64,000 bases of DNA from Fistulifera solaris. Lineage: Eukaryota. The stretch is taken from positions 124,001-188,000 of the forward strand of contig AP026164.1 of the NCBI GenBank assembly GCA_030295235.1, read 5' to 3'. Position 1 is the stretch's first letter; each line of letters opens with the position of its first letter. This document shows, one piece after another, positions 1 through 11,751 of this stretch. The position numbers were made by a program, and so were the translations under genes. A model generated the notes under the pieces. That model searched no databases, had not been told where the DNA came from, and was given only the letters and a program-made list of their open reading frames with translations.

Positions 1-3000
1 GTAGTTTGCATCGCGTCGTCCACGACATCAACTCAACACTCAACTCTCAACCCCGACGCGCCGACACAGACACAGATACGCATACAAGTAACACATCGAA
101 GCATACCGATCGAAATAACAAAACTGAAAAACAAAACATCCATTTCATCCTTCATCATCGTCAAGGCACACAAGGTGCCTCCGGTTGACTTGACTCCTTT
201 CTTTTCCCCCTTTGTTCGATATCTGAATTTGAAACGCGGATGTTGCTTGTGAGATACGAGTAGGCGGGCTCGCACCTATTGAAGAATATTCAGACGCGTA
301 TATCGCGACATTCATTCATTCGTGGGACGTGGTCGTGGGATCCCAACACATGGGGAAAACCGTTGCTCAAGACAGAAATACTTAGATAGCTTTCCCTAAA
401 TGATTTTTAAATTGAGTTTGTGAACACAAACAACATTTTGATTTTCGGTAGAAGCGAATCGCTGAATTTGCTTCTCTCTTTTTTCGCTGCGTTCTTCTTC
501 TTCTCACATCTCCTCTCAAAGGCGACTGAGAGAGGTTTGATGTCCTCCCCGTATTCAGTTGTTGCCAAAGCTGTGGCCTGCGATCACAGCTTGGGACCGT
601 ATGGTTGAATACATAGTGGGAGCGCATGAAGGGTTGTGGTGCGTATGTCCCGAGGAAGGAGGAGTCGTCTCGCGAAACGGCAACCTCGTGTCGTCTCGAC
701 GATTCGCTTGCCTGTTTGCGAGGCTTTCCTGCCTTACCGGAAAACACGCAGTTGGAGCATTGTGCTGGGAAAAGTTCTTCACCTGAGTTGTGGGATCCAT
801 GAGGCGTGCCGAAGAACTGTGTGCGCCAGTGATTGGTGAAGCAATGGTAACGGTTGAGCGGGGTTTGGGGTTCACCCGCTGAGCAGCTTATGAAAGCCAC
901 ATTCGCCTTTCCGCTCCCAACCGGATACATGGGCGTTTGTGATCGCTTGTTGACATCTGCTTAACGTCTTCGGAGCTCTTGCGGTGCTTATGAGTTATCC
1001 TAGAAATAGGTTAGCGGTTACGGGCACTAGCAAGGGTCCCCCATATGTCCCGGCACAATGAAAAATGTATACCACGACACTCTTCATGCTAACACTTGTT
1101 CATTTCAAAACCGAATTAACTAAAATTAATAAACTAATACAACAGATGGGTGTGCACGGTGGGTAATGGCGATGACAGGAGAAGCTCATCCAACTCATTG
1201 TCCTAATATTTGGTCTCGTGATGCTTTCATAGAGTATTGTGAGCAAGATGTCATAAAGCTGCCACAAATGACACTTCGCATTGCTTATCTGCCTCCTTTG
1301 AGTTGAAAGCTGATCTTGTGCATGCTACAAGCGTTTCCGAATCGCTGTGGTCGAATCAAAAAAACTCAGCCACAAATGGTCAGTCGCTCTTCCTCTCCTT
1401 CACTTCCATAGTGTCATAGGCGTCATTCATAATGTTGGACATCGTCAAGAAAACACTAATTCCCAATCAATCCGTTTGCTTGACTACTACTCGTTTGTAT
1501 CTCAATACCCGCTGTGTTTAAAGATTCGTGTGATAGCTGAATAGAAATACTTTCGCCGCCAAGTACCGAGACCATGTGGTAGAATCAACGTTGGCCAGAT
1601 AATGTGGCGGACCCTGCAGTGGCGCCGTGGTGTTCGAGCTGGTGACCGTAATAGTGCAATTGATTTTACCAACCTTTGTTTTATCGCCTAACCTTCTCGT
1701 CGTTGGGCATGGGTAACGTACTGTGTATTCCTCGTCGAAGAACGTTCAGGATCGACTGAGGTCAACAAATGAGCAGCACACTTGTACAACACACGGTGTA
1801 TCGATGCCACAATGCCAAATCATTGGTTTGATCGTTTATGGTCCGTACATGAGTGGGTTCTTTCTCAAAAAAGACGGTGCATTTTTGAAGCGAGATGGGT
1901 TTGGCTTCAAATACCAAAATGGCGTTTCATCCTTCCCAATAATACATGGTTGGCTCCATAATAGCGATCGATTCATATTTCTTGGAGTAAATTATTGCAA
2001 TGACTATGCTCTGTGCAATAATTGTTCAGATATCACACAATTAACAAGTATCCACTTCATCCGTATCGCTCCCAACCGAGCCGCACTCCGACGAGTTCGT
2101 CCCGAAACCGAAACACGATCGATTCGCTGTTCCTATTGTGTGTGCTAATCCAATTATTTCTTTGTAAGTCCTTTGTCTGATCTCATGCGGCGCGCGCGAC
2201 AATATCGTGTGTGTCAGGTAACTTGTAACTTGTCAGTATCCGACGACTTCAAGTGAAATTGCAAAGCCACTGGCAAATACGGCGGAGATAGTACGGTTTG
2301 GTTGTCTCCAATGTTGCTGTTCAGCGACAGAACCACCTTGTACAAAGTCCTAGATCTGCATTTCACTTTCGATCATTAGCTCAGTGTTTCTTGAGCGGTG
2401 CAGACCATTTTCTCGCGTTCGACCTAGCTACGTGGAAACAACGAACTGACGGATATTTCTTGTTCCAAAAACAGCCTTGTTTCAAAACAACTCGTCAGCC
2501 CTTTGATGATTCAAAAGTAGCATCTCCTTTCGAAATATCTACGAGAAACGACGCTCCATTCCTTGTAATCGATCCGCCGTATCTGCGTAGCTTTTGATGT
2601 AAGTCGAGTCAGAGGAGGAAGTTCTCGACCTGAGCGAGCGGCTTCACAAAACGCGATAAGAAGAGAAACAGAAACACTGTCATGAATGAAGGAATCGAAT
2701 GAATAGCGACGCGACCTCTCCGACTTGCGGTGTATGATGCGTGAAGTGTTTCAGCGCGCTCAGATCTGATCGTTATAAACTTCGTTTGAGCTTTTCACAA
2801 TTTGCACTGTATCGCCAGTCCACAGAAGCTTTTCTTCTGAGAAATATCCGTCCCTGTCGAACTGTTAATTCTCATCTTTTTCGGCGCACTGTCTTTTATG
2901 TTTGCCTTTTCGTACAGTTTGCTTTTCAAATACTAGTAACAAATAATATCTCGTCCCCATGGTTCTCTGTTACCCCTAAACCTTCACCACGCTTGACGAA

Positions 3001-3032
3001 TTTTCTATGAAAACGTCGGGGTTTCGAGTTTA

Positions 3033-3140
3033 CAGAAAATCTGGGGCTCCTGGTTATAGGTAAGTTAGTGGTGTCCTCAATCACGTTATCAGAAAATTGG
3101 GGCGTGTGGTGTTTCCACGTGCCCCAGAAAATCTGTGGGT
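3033..3140. repeat. Degenerate copies of the 33-34 bp CCAGAAAATGTGGG minisatellite family
   Basis: cagaaaatctgggg (3033), cacgttat-cagaaaattgggg (3090), cacgtgccc-cagaaaatctgtggg (3124); 34-bp spacing between the last two; same CACGT..CAGAAAAT..GGG layout as 63.0 kb. Confidence 0.65.
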
Positions 3141-3260
3141 GCGGTGTTGTGAAAACGGTTGTGACTAGAAAGTACGCATTATCTGTGACCGGAGATTAAG
3201 CGCTTATACTGATAGAATAGATCGAAGGAACATGTAAACACTTCCAATAACAACTTATGA

Positions 3261-4666
3261 TTAGGTAGATTTCTTGACCAGATTCGTCAATGCCGAAAGT
3301 CGTTCCACCAAAGGCGGATGCGAGTAATGATAGGTGCTGTACCACGGATCCGGTGTCATTGCACCTAGATTCTCCAAATGAATTTTGATCAAGCCCGTTT
3401 GCAATTGACTCGCCATACCGAGATCAGCTCCAAATTTGTCGGCGCCGAATTCATTGTGTCGCGAAAACAACGTTAGCAAAAGGATAACACTTTATCAACC
3501 GGAGCCCACAACGTTTGAAAGAACAGGAGTAGCGCAATGATAGTCGGAACCTTGCCATGGAACCCAAATGCTTGATAGAGTTCGGTATTTCCGTACGTCT
3601 GGGAGAAAACGAAAAAGGCAGCACCCACATAGAGTTGCGTAATGACCAAATTGCTGACCGTGTGACCCAATTTCCAGTGTCCGAGTTCGTGTCCCAAAAT
3701 CGCCAATATCTCATCCTGTTCGACTTGTGTAAGGAGCGTATCAAAGAGAACGATGCGCTTGTTATTTCCGAAACCAAACATGAAGGCATTCGAATGACTG
3801 GATCGTTTTGAACCATCCATGACAAACAATTTTGTCAAGGGGTAATTGAGTCGCTTGGCGAGGGCGTAAATTTGATCCTTGAGGTCACCGTCCGGCAGAG
3901 GCTCGTACTTGTTGAAGAGCGGCATGATGACAACAGGCACAATTGTCATCATAAAGAGAGAAAAAGACGCACACGAATGCCCAGACGTACAGATAAAAGT
4001 ATTCACCGCCCTTTTGTATAATAGTGAGCAACAATGCTACAAACGGACCGCCAATCAGCGCCGTCAAGACGAGACTCTTGATCTGATCCGTGAAAAGAGC
4101 GACAGCGTCTGTTTGTTGAATCCGTGTTTGCGTTCGACTTGAAAAGTCGAATACAATTCAAAGGGAAGTTTTGTAATGGTCCCAATGAGCGTGACAAGAC
4201 CCAAGAAGATCAGTGTAATTTTGATTTCATCTTCGGCTGTGTACCCAAAGTACTGATTTCCGATCGCAGCCGCGCGATCCCACATGTAGGGTAAGAATCC
4301 CAACAGCAAAAAGGCGATCGATTCCGTCACATCATAAGGACTCGCAATCCGTCCGAGTTGCATCTTGTCACGTCCGTACAATTGTGCCTTGCTGAATTTT
4401 TCTTTCATTTGCGGTAGTAATTTCTTTTCTTTATTGTCTATTTTCGAGACTGTCGTTTCGAGTAACGACGGAAACTGATTGATTTTGTAAGCGGCGTGTT
4501 GACGGGTATCAAGATAACTTTCCCAGGCGTATACTATGGCAGTAAAGAGAATGGTGCCCGCGAGTGCATACTGGGCCATGAGGGAAGACGACGACGCGGA
4601 GTCATTTGCGTCCGCCGATCCTTCTTGTTGATAATACGGAGTCCACGGTAACGAAGCGAACGACAT
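3261..4666 (-). CDS. STE24: CAAX prenyl protease 1 (Ste24/ZMPSTE24, peptidase M48); 3 apparent homopolymer frameshifts
   Basis: ORFs 4064-4666, 3885-4067, 3473-4006 and 3261-3479 join into one protein: HGFNKQT, DGSKRSSHSNAFMFG, KRIVLFDTL, zinc motif HELGH, C-terminal YHYSHPPLVERL. Frame breaks fall in T-runs near 4093, 3960 and 3478. Confidence 0.95.
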
Positions 4667-5309
4667 ATTTGCTTTCTATTGAGCTAATATAACAAGTAAT
4701 AAGGATCCAAGTCGAGCAATGCTTTTTGAATGAAAGGAGATCGAAACAATAAAATCAAAATGGAGATCGATGGTCGTCGTTTTCAAGGAACCTCCACGTG
4801 TCGAGAGTAATTGAAATCAGTAAGATTAGAGTGTCTGTGCGATACCTGTCTGTGCGTTACCATGCTTTTCCAGAAACACGGAAATTACAGGCTGAATGTT
4901 TTCGCATAACCAGACATTCTGTGTGATTATTTCATGAGTAGCCAGAAAAAGTGGGAGTGCATTTTCAATATTCTTGTGAACTAGACTGCCATCTAATAAC
5001 CATCATTTGATGAGTTCTGTTTGTCTTTCTATCTAATTTGCAATGCGTTCCTTACGTATGATGGCGAAAAGCCCTCTGAGATAGTTATCTTCGCCCCGTC
5101 GTCCCCATGGAGCCGGTTTCGGATTCCAGATTCCGTAGGCTGTACGTCATCCGCAAATTGGACAACCAACAAAAAAAAATATAGTCAGGATCCAACGAAG
5201 CATTTTTCGTTTTTGTTTTGACAGGCATGCTACACATCAACGTCGATATCATCTGGCATCGTCCTTATTGATATCTATTCTTCTTCTATCAAAGTAACAG
5301 TAATAAACC

Positions 5310-6716
5310 ATGATACAATCAAAATATGTGTCCCTTGTGATCTTCCTGGGATCTATTTTACCACAAATCGCCTCGTTTCTGGTCGTTCCTCGTCACGGTC
5401 GGGACGTCAATTTCGTCCGCCATACTTTCCTCGCTTCATCAGAAACAAAAGAAAGTCAAACGGACGTTAAGATAGTAAATCAGTTGAAAGAACTAGCTCG
5501 CACAACGAGTCGAGACTCCACGGCGATTCTACAGGCGGCACAAATACAGCAACAAACCAAGTCGTCAGCACCCGAAATCATCCATCTACTTTTAGAAATA
5601 TATGCTTATTCCTGCGACTCGTCCGCGGCACAAAAAGCACAAGACTTGTTGGAGACACAGAGTGAACTGGAGGTAAGCAGTATTGCGTTGGTGATGGAAG
5701 GTTGGATTCGACAAGAGAACATCGAGCAAGTGGTGGCCCTGTATGAAAAGTACGCAACGGTTGATAACGAGTTAATATTATTTCATAAAGTTCTCAAAGC
5801 TTACGGAAGAGCGGGACAAGCAGCAAAGGCGTACGGGTTATTGCAAGAACGTGTGGCTCAAGACAAGACCGTAGATCAGAAAGCGTGGATTCATGTCTTG
5901 CGGGCTCATCGCTCCGAGCCGGCAATAATTGAAAAGATGCTGGGAGAAATGATGACAGGCTTTCGCCGCAAAGAATTAGAAGACTGGTTGCCCACCATTG
6001 AAGCGTACAATGTTTTATTGTGGGCGTATCGAGATGATGCGGAAGAGGCGGAAAAATTATTGTACGAACTGGTTGCTCAAAGCAAAGAAGGAAATAATAT
6101 CATGAAACCAAACGCCGAGTCATTTTATCATCTACTCCAAGCATTTGGCAGACATAAGAAGCCTTCGGCTTTCAAAGTGGAGAACGTACTGCAGCTACAA
6201 AAAGCGCTAGGAGTGGAATGTACACCGCAGTGTTTACAAACGGCCATTTATGTGATATCCAAAAGTCGTGACCACAACAAGGCACAAAAAGCGAAGAAAT
6301 ATCTGGAACAACTTGCGGAAGAAGGCGTGAATAGCAATGTTTATAGTAATGTACTGGCAGCGTGTGCCTACACGTCTGAAACGGCGAAACCCGAAGACAA
6401 ATTGGCTGCATTTGAGATTGCGTTCAACATTTTCAAGAAGCTCACCGAGGGTTCAGAAGTGGAGACCTCTTCTCGCCCTTTTGTCCTTATGCTGCGATGC
6501 TGTGAGAAGTTGATGAAGAATCCTGAGAAACGCGATGTCGTGGTGCGCTCGGTGTTTCAAAAATGCTGTGAAGCGGGAGTGGTCAGCGACCAAGTGCTTA
6601 ACGCACTCTCCAAGGCCGCCTCGAAATCGCTGCAGCTCCAGTTGCTCAACGGTTTTGTCGAAGACGGTTTTGAAGTACCATCGGAGTGGAGTCGGAACTT
6701 GTTAAATTCTCGTTAG
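5310..6716 (+). CDS. Pentatricopeptide-repeat (PPR-like) protein, probably plastid-targeted
   Basis: Intact 468-aa ORF; signal peptide ending IAS-F; PPR-like units FHKVLKAYGRAGQAAKAYGLL, PTIEAYNVLLWAY, PNAESFYHLLQAF, VYSNVLAACA. Confidence 0.8.
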   Translation: MIQSKYVSLVIFLGSILPQIASFLVVPRHGRDVNFVRHTFLASSETKESQTDVKIVNQLKELARTTSRDSTAILQAAQIQQQTKSSAPEIIHLLLEIYAYSCDSSAAQKAQDLLETQSELEVSSIALVMEGWIRQENIEQVVALYEKYATVDNELILFHKVLKAYGRAGQAAKAYGLLQERVAQDKTVDQKAWIHVLRAHRSEPAIIEKMLGEMMTGFRRKELEDWLPTIEAYNVLLWAYRDDAEEAEKLLYELVAQSKEGNNIMKPNAESFYHLLQAFGRHKKPSAFKVENVLQLQKALGVECTPQCLQTAIYVISKSRDHNKAQKAKKYLEQLAEEGVNSNVYSNVLAACAYTSETAKPEDKLAAFEIAFNIFKKLTEGSEVETSSRPFVLMLRCCEKLMKNPEKRDVVVRSVFQKCCEAGVVSDQVLNALSKAASKSLQLQLLNGFVEDGFEVPSEWSRNLLNSR

Positions 6717-6721
6717 ATTAT

Positions 6722-7912
6722 CTAAGAGGATCGGTTCGGGTGTTTCAAGCGACGCAATTCTTGTGCCAACATAGAATCGGAAGGACATGTGTGTGGATAC
6801 AGAATGGCATGTACACGCTGTATATAGCACGGCGTAAACAGATCGTGAAAGGCAACTGAGTAGGGACCCGCGTTTTGTAATTTAGAAAAGCTTGTATTGA
6901 ATTTCTTTTCCCAGAATGCTGCTGCACGCGAATGGAACGAGCGACCGTTTGAAGTTGCTAGATACAGCGAATGAGGCGAGACATCGTGATAGAGCTGCTG
7001 TAGATTCGCGTCACGAGTATCAGAGGGATAAACTCCCACTTGTTGTAAGCACATGGACATGAGACGATCCTCGTAGGATGCAACGGTGGACGCATGACAA
7101 GCATGAGCTTTCTCCACAAACAAAGTTAGCGCCGCTCGATTGAAAGTGTAGCCCGGTCCTCCACCGGTAAATACGGTTTTACCGTGGGGTATCCATTGAC
7201 CGAAGTGCAAGGGTTGATGATTAATAACGTGACCCTCGAGAAATAATCGCAAATTCGGAACAATCAAATAGGTATCGTCTCCACAAAGATGAAAAAAGTC
7301 GAAATCATTCCGGTAATGCTGATACACATAGCCCCATATGCTGCGTACTTTTTGCCACATGTTTCCGTAAGCTTCGGCACCCTCATGTATGAGATACAAA
7401 AGACCCAGCTCTGGATGCGTTTCGGTGGAAAACGCCAAGAAGCCATCACATTGTTTTCCCCAGGTTCGTGCAATGCGTTCGACCATATCATGCTGTCCAG
7501 CGTGTGTGTAAACAGCGCAGAAAATGCGTACATGATGAATAGGGTGCGATGCAACTCGAATTTTTTCTGTTAGAAGCTTCCATCCTCCATCATCTTCCAG
7601 TCCTTGGCCAGCACGCAAATCGCAAACACTTGGGCACGCGATCGTATCGTCGTCATTCACGATGGTCTTTTTTAACAGGTAAGGATCCGCAATGTATCCT
7701 GAATGATTCGTTGCATCCAGTGCATCAAAGTAAATAGAAGGAGTGGCGTAATTGTGGATGGAAGAAGCTGTTGTCTTTTGTTGCTGTTGGGAGGGGACGA
7801 ATTTGTCGATTGTCGAAGGAAGGAGAAAGAAATGATGCAACGCGCGACAGAAGAATGCGATAATCCCAACAGACGAGAGTATTACTATCCTTCTCCGTTT
7901 CAGCTTGGTCAT
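6722..7912 (-). CDS. GT31 glycosyltransferase, core-1 beta-1,3-galactosyltransferase (C1GALT1)-like
   Basis: Type II membrane anchor after MTKLKRRR (ATG 7912); IFCAVYT, TWGKQCDGFLAFS, MWQKVRSIW, CGDDTY, GGGPGY, EDRLMSMCL. Confidence 0.85.
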   Translation of the reverse strand: MTKLKRRRIVILSSVGIIAFFCRALHHFFLLPSTIDKFVPSQQQQKTTASSIHNYATPSIYFDALDATNHSGYIADPYLLKKTIVNDDDTIACPSVCDLRAGQGLEDDGGWKLLTEKIRVASHPIHHVRIFCAVYTHAGQHDMVERIARTWGKQCDGFLAFSTETHPELGLLYLIHEGAEAYGNMWQKVRSIWGYVYQHYRNDFDFFHLCGDDTYLIVPNLRLFLEGHVINHQPLHFGQWIPHGKTVFTGGGPGYTFNRAALTLFVEKAHACHASTVASYEDRLMSMCLQQVGVYPSDTRDANLQQLYHDVSPHSLYLATSNGRSFHSRAAAFWEKKFNTSFSKLQNAGPYSVAFHDLFTPCYIQRVHAILYPHTCPSDSMLAQELRRLKHPNRSS

Positions 7913-8907
7913 AGTATCACTGTGTGCGCATAATAATGAATATATTGAGAAAATGCGGTCAAAAATGGCATCAAAGGACCTCATTGATTTCATCGGCACG
8001 CAGAAGAAGCGGCAATGCGTCTACATCCAATGTACGGAGTATTACAAAAATAGTAGGCGACCGTTTCCCTGACGACTCAACCGGTTTTAATCCCGGATAC
8101 TAAACGACACTGACGACCGTACGTTTTTTTACTTGGTGGTCCTGATGTTCAGTTCATTGATTCAGATACTTACTTCAATTCTCATTGCATTGAACAGGAT
8201 TGTTGATCTTGCTTCAAAAAAAATTGTTCACCAGCATGCTCTCTGTGTCGACAGAACAATAAAGTCATCAGCGCATATTGAATGAAAAGATTGTGTGATG
8301 CTGATAATTCAACCAGTTTATTTCAAACCCTAGTCTCTCTGACCAGATCTTTGTTGCAGAGAATTTCTTATCATTCATCAAAGTAAGTAACCTTAGCATT
8401 TCTCATCTGTCCTACAAAGCCGAGTTCCGTGTTTGTGTCGCCTTGGTAGAAAGTTTGCGTACTAACCCTTAAATCGATATAACAAACGGGACTCGGAAAT
8501 TTTTTCTACTTAAGGGGTCGCTCTCTGTCTGGCTAAATTAGTCGCCAGAAGCAGCTTGCTCATGCGCATTCACGATTCACACTGAGGGCTTATCAAAAGT
8601 TGTAACTATGTCAGATGAGATGCGAAATAAATCTTCTACTCACCTCTCACTTTTTCTTTTGCTTATGGACCCCTACCCGCCCAACACATAGATAGTGCAT
8701 TGTAAACCTGGTACCCGCTAAATAAAACAAAGATTATTTGTAACCTGCGCTACGGCAACAAATAGTAGAGTTTGCGGATTCGTGATGCGTCGTTGATCTT
8801 TCACGGATGAGTTATTAGATATTCTGTTCACGAAATCAGCTCGAGGGAAAATTCACAATTCGCTAAATGCTAAACCAACAACCACCAATTCAAGCACTCG
8901 ACAAATC

Positions 8908-9606
8908 ATGAACACCTTTGTGTTTCCATCGTCGAAGCTTTCAGGTCCGAGCCCTGACAAAGACTTTAGATATTCGCTTTTCAGCTCTGCAATGCGTCAG
9001 TTTCGTTCCAGATCACTTCCGAATCAATTTTCGTATGCATCGCTCATACCGTCAACATCGGATGCTAAAACAGTGGAAGCAAGCCGTCGTCTCTCAGCAT
9101 CTTGGTTGTATTCAAAAGAATACTTGACCCACCCTTTGGCGCTGGAGCCCATCGTCATAATGCCAGTCGTGTCGTATTATACGAGAAGCCACTATTCTAC
9201 TATCCGATCTTGCTGGTCCCCGGAACATCTCATCCGGTTTCCAAGTTGTGTATTCGGGGCCAACTCAAAGATTGATGCGTGCTTTCGCGTACCTTCTCCC
9301 CTATCTTTACACACGAATGCGTGTCATCGTGTTGATGCAACGAATACTACTGCATCACCATCTTTTGTCAAGAATCGTACACCCAACCGTTCTACGGCGA
9401 AGCCACACAGAACCCGCGGCAAGGATCTATGCAAACGTCACCCTCGAACGTGCAAACACTGCTTACAAAGTACCTGCAAAGGCGCCTCGACACGACGAAA
9501 CAAGAACTTTCGGTGTTCCACATGTTCCAAGTGTCTAAAACAGTGTTCGGGACGTTGTGACGCCGTTGCGCCCGTTTCGGCTGTTAAAGACGGTCGGGCG
9601 TCGTAA
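8908..9606 (+). CDS. Hypothetical protein with basic Cys-rich C-terminus (possible Zn-binding)
   Basis: 232-aa ATG-initiated ORF; tail CKRHPRTCKHC..C..CSTCSKC..CSGRC; no family recognised. Confidence 0.35.
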   Translation: MNTFVFPSSKLSGPSPDKDFRYSLFSSAMRQFRSRSLPNQFSYASLIPSTSDAKTVEASRRLSASWLYSKEYLTHPLALEPIVIMPVVSYYTRSHYSTIRSCWSPEHLIRFPSCVFGANSKIDACFRVPSPLSLHTNACHRVDATNTTASPSFVKNRTPNRSTAKPHRTRGKDLCKRHPRTCKHCLQSTCKGASTRRNKNFRCSTCSKCLKQCSGRCDAVAPVSAVKDGRAS

Positions 9607-10150
9607 CGAATACTCGGCAATCGATGATCGTATCGATGAAATCATTCTGTGTTTTTCTCGAATTTTCCATTTGAAACGTCGAAGCTTACTACTTTTCCAC
9701 CTCAACTTGAATAGCAATAGTAGAATTACCTTCTTTTAGTTGAATTTATTTAGATGTCCTTTGTCTTCGTCGAAGTTTTGTTGTTCCTTAAGTTTGGTTG
9801 TCTCATGACTGGAATGCAGTCGTGGTTTCAGTAAACCACCACTTGAGAAACGTCGTCCGCCGGCTTTGCGCGTAGGCGGTACCGTACCAGGTAAGTAGTA
9901 TAGCACTTGTACCTGTATATTTATAGTAGTTTCGGACGTCATGACGTCACCAACAAATCTTCCGGGAAGCGAGAAATATACCAGGTACCAGGTATTCGTC
10001 CCCCCGCAATAATATTTTCAAGTTCAACGCCACCAAACGACGAAGCGAAGAAGCACGCGTTCGACCGCAAACGTGTCAATGCTTTGAAGCTCATTGTCAT
10101 TCAAAGAGACAATCAAACATATATTCCATTTACTAGCTCTATCTACCGAC

Positions 10151-11635
10151 ATGGTAGAAGTAAGCGTCTCGCGACTACCTTTTGTAGTCACCATCGTTGT
10201 GCTATCTTCCTCTTTGTCGAACGCATTCGTTCTTTCCTCGTTGCCCGCAAATCAAGGAAAATGGATACTTCATTCTTCACCTTCCTTTACCACTCTCGAT
10301 CAAAACAACAATGACTCGGTCGACGTGATCAACAACGTCGTCAGTAATGCAACCACTTCTCTAACTACAAGTACCGAAAAGAAAACTACACCCACACTCT
10401 ACGAAATATTGGGGGCCAAACCGTCCGATACGAAAGAAGAAATCAAAAAGAAATACGTTCAATTGGCGAAAATATCTCATCCGGATGCCATCAAATTCAA
10501 TGGAAACACTATAGAAGTTGATTTTAACGAAATATCGACGGCATGGTCGATTCTCGGAGATGAAAAGAAACGTCTCCGTTACGATCGCAGTTTGAAAGCC
10601 GCACGATTTTCCGAAGATTTAGCAGACTGGACTATACAACAAGCACGGCCGGCAGCAGATTGGAGTGCCGAAGTTTTAGAAAAAGTAGCAATTCCCTTTC
10701 TTTCGACGACTTTTAGTAGTACGCTGGCGCGATTTCAAGCAGCGGCCGCGAGTTTTCAATCACAAAAAGAAAAGGAAGCCAACAAAAATGGAGTCTTACA
10801 CAGGCCATGAAAGCAGCAGCACGAGCAGGAAATGCGATCGACAAATTGGATTTGTTAGAAAAGGCCACAAAATTAGAAGAATTGGCGGCTGCAGAGGTGC
10901 AGAAAGCACTGCAAGTACAGCAATCCTTGAAGGAAAAAGCGCTCGAGCGTCTGCGTTTGTCGATTCATACAACAGATTCCCAATTGACGTCCAGTGAAGC
11001 ATGGCTCATTCTGGAGTCGATGAATCAGACACAGGTAGAGAATCGAGTCCCAAGGACGCGGCAATTGAGTACACTGCAACAGCATATTGCAGAGGAGGTG
11101 GACATTCTGTCAGGAATTGAAAATGATTTTGTGCAGGCACAACAGTTCGATCAGCAATGGCAGGAGGAATATCGCACTACTGTCAAGGAACGTCTAGATG
11201 CGAAAAACGCGATGGAACAAGCGCAACGAGAAGAACAGGCGGCACGAATTGCTTACGAACAGGCACAACAAAATACAATCTATGCGAGGGAACGACTAGA
11301 GTCGATTAGCCGAACACTGATTAACACTAGCGCGAACGCCAAAAAGTCAAGCTACGAGGTAGAAAGGAGGAGTGTTGTTGCGGAGCAACAAGCGGAACGA
11401 GTTCGTTCCATGATTTTACAATCCGAAAAAAGCCCTGGGTATTTCTACGGTTCTCGATTCTTCCTCCATCGAAGAAAACCAAAAACGACTGGAGACTCTA
11501 GCAGTTTTGCGACAAGAAGAACGAGACTTAACCGAGCAGGAAAAGAAATTGGAGGTTCGTGCAGCCAAGTTCATTTCTAGAGCCAACAAGCTAAGAGCCC
11601 GAGCCGGCGCCTTGGACAGCAGCACACAACAATAA
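10151..11635 (+). CDS. J-domain (DnaJ) protein with long coiled-coil C-terminus, plastid-type presequence; 2 apparent frameshifts
   Basis: Signal peptide ending SNA-F; J domain TLYEILGA..IKKKYVQLAKISHPD..AWSILGDEKKRLRYD. Continues in ORF 10807-11580, then a third frame ending ..RARAGALDSSTQQ* at 11635. Confidence 0.8.
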
Positions 11636-11751
11636 TGTGCCTGTACCTGGTATCGGAACGGAAATTGCGCGAGAAAAACTCCACAAATTTACGTACATGG
11701 AACACACCGATAGCCCATAGAAGAACAACTGATACTTAACTTACTTAATTC

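Noticed and set aside
2298..2597. LVIDPPY, matching the N6-adenine methyltransferase motif IV
   Set aside because: The ORF has no ATG start, stops four residues after the motif and shows no SAM-binding motif I; probably chance.
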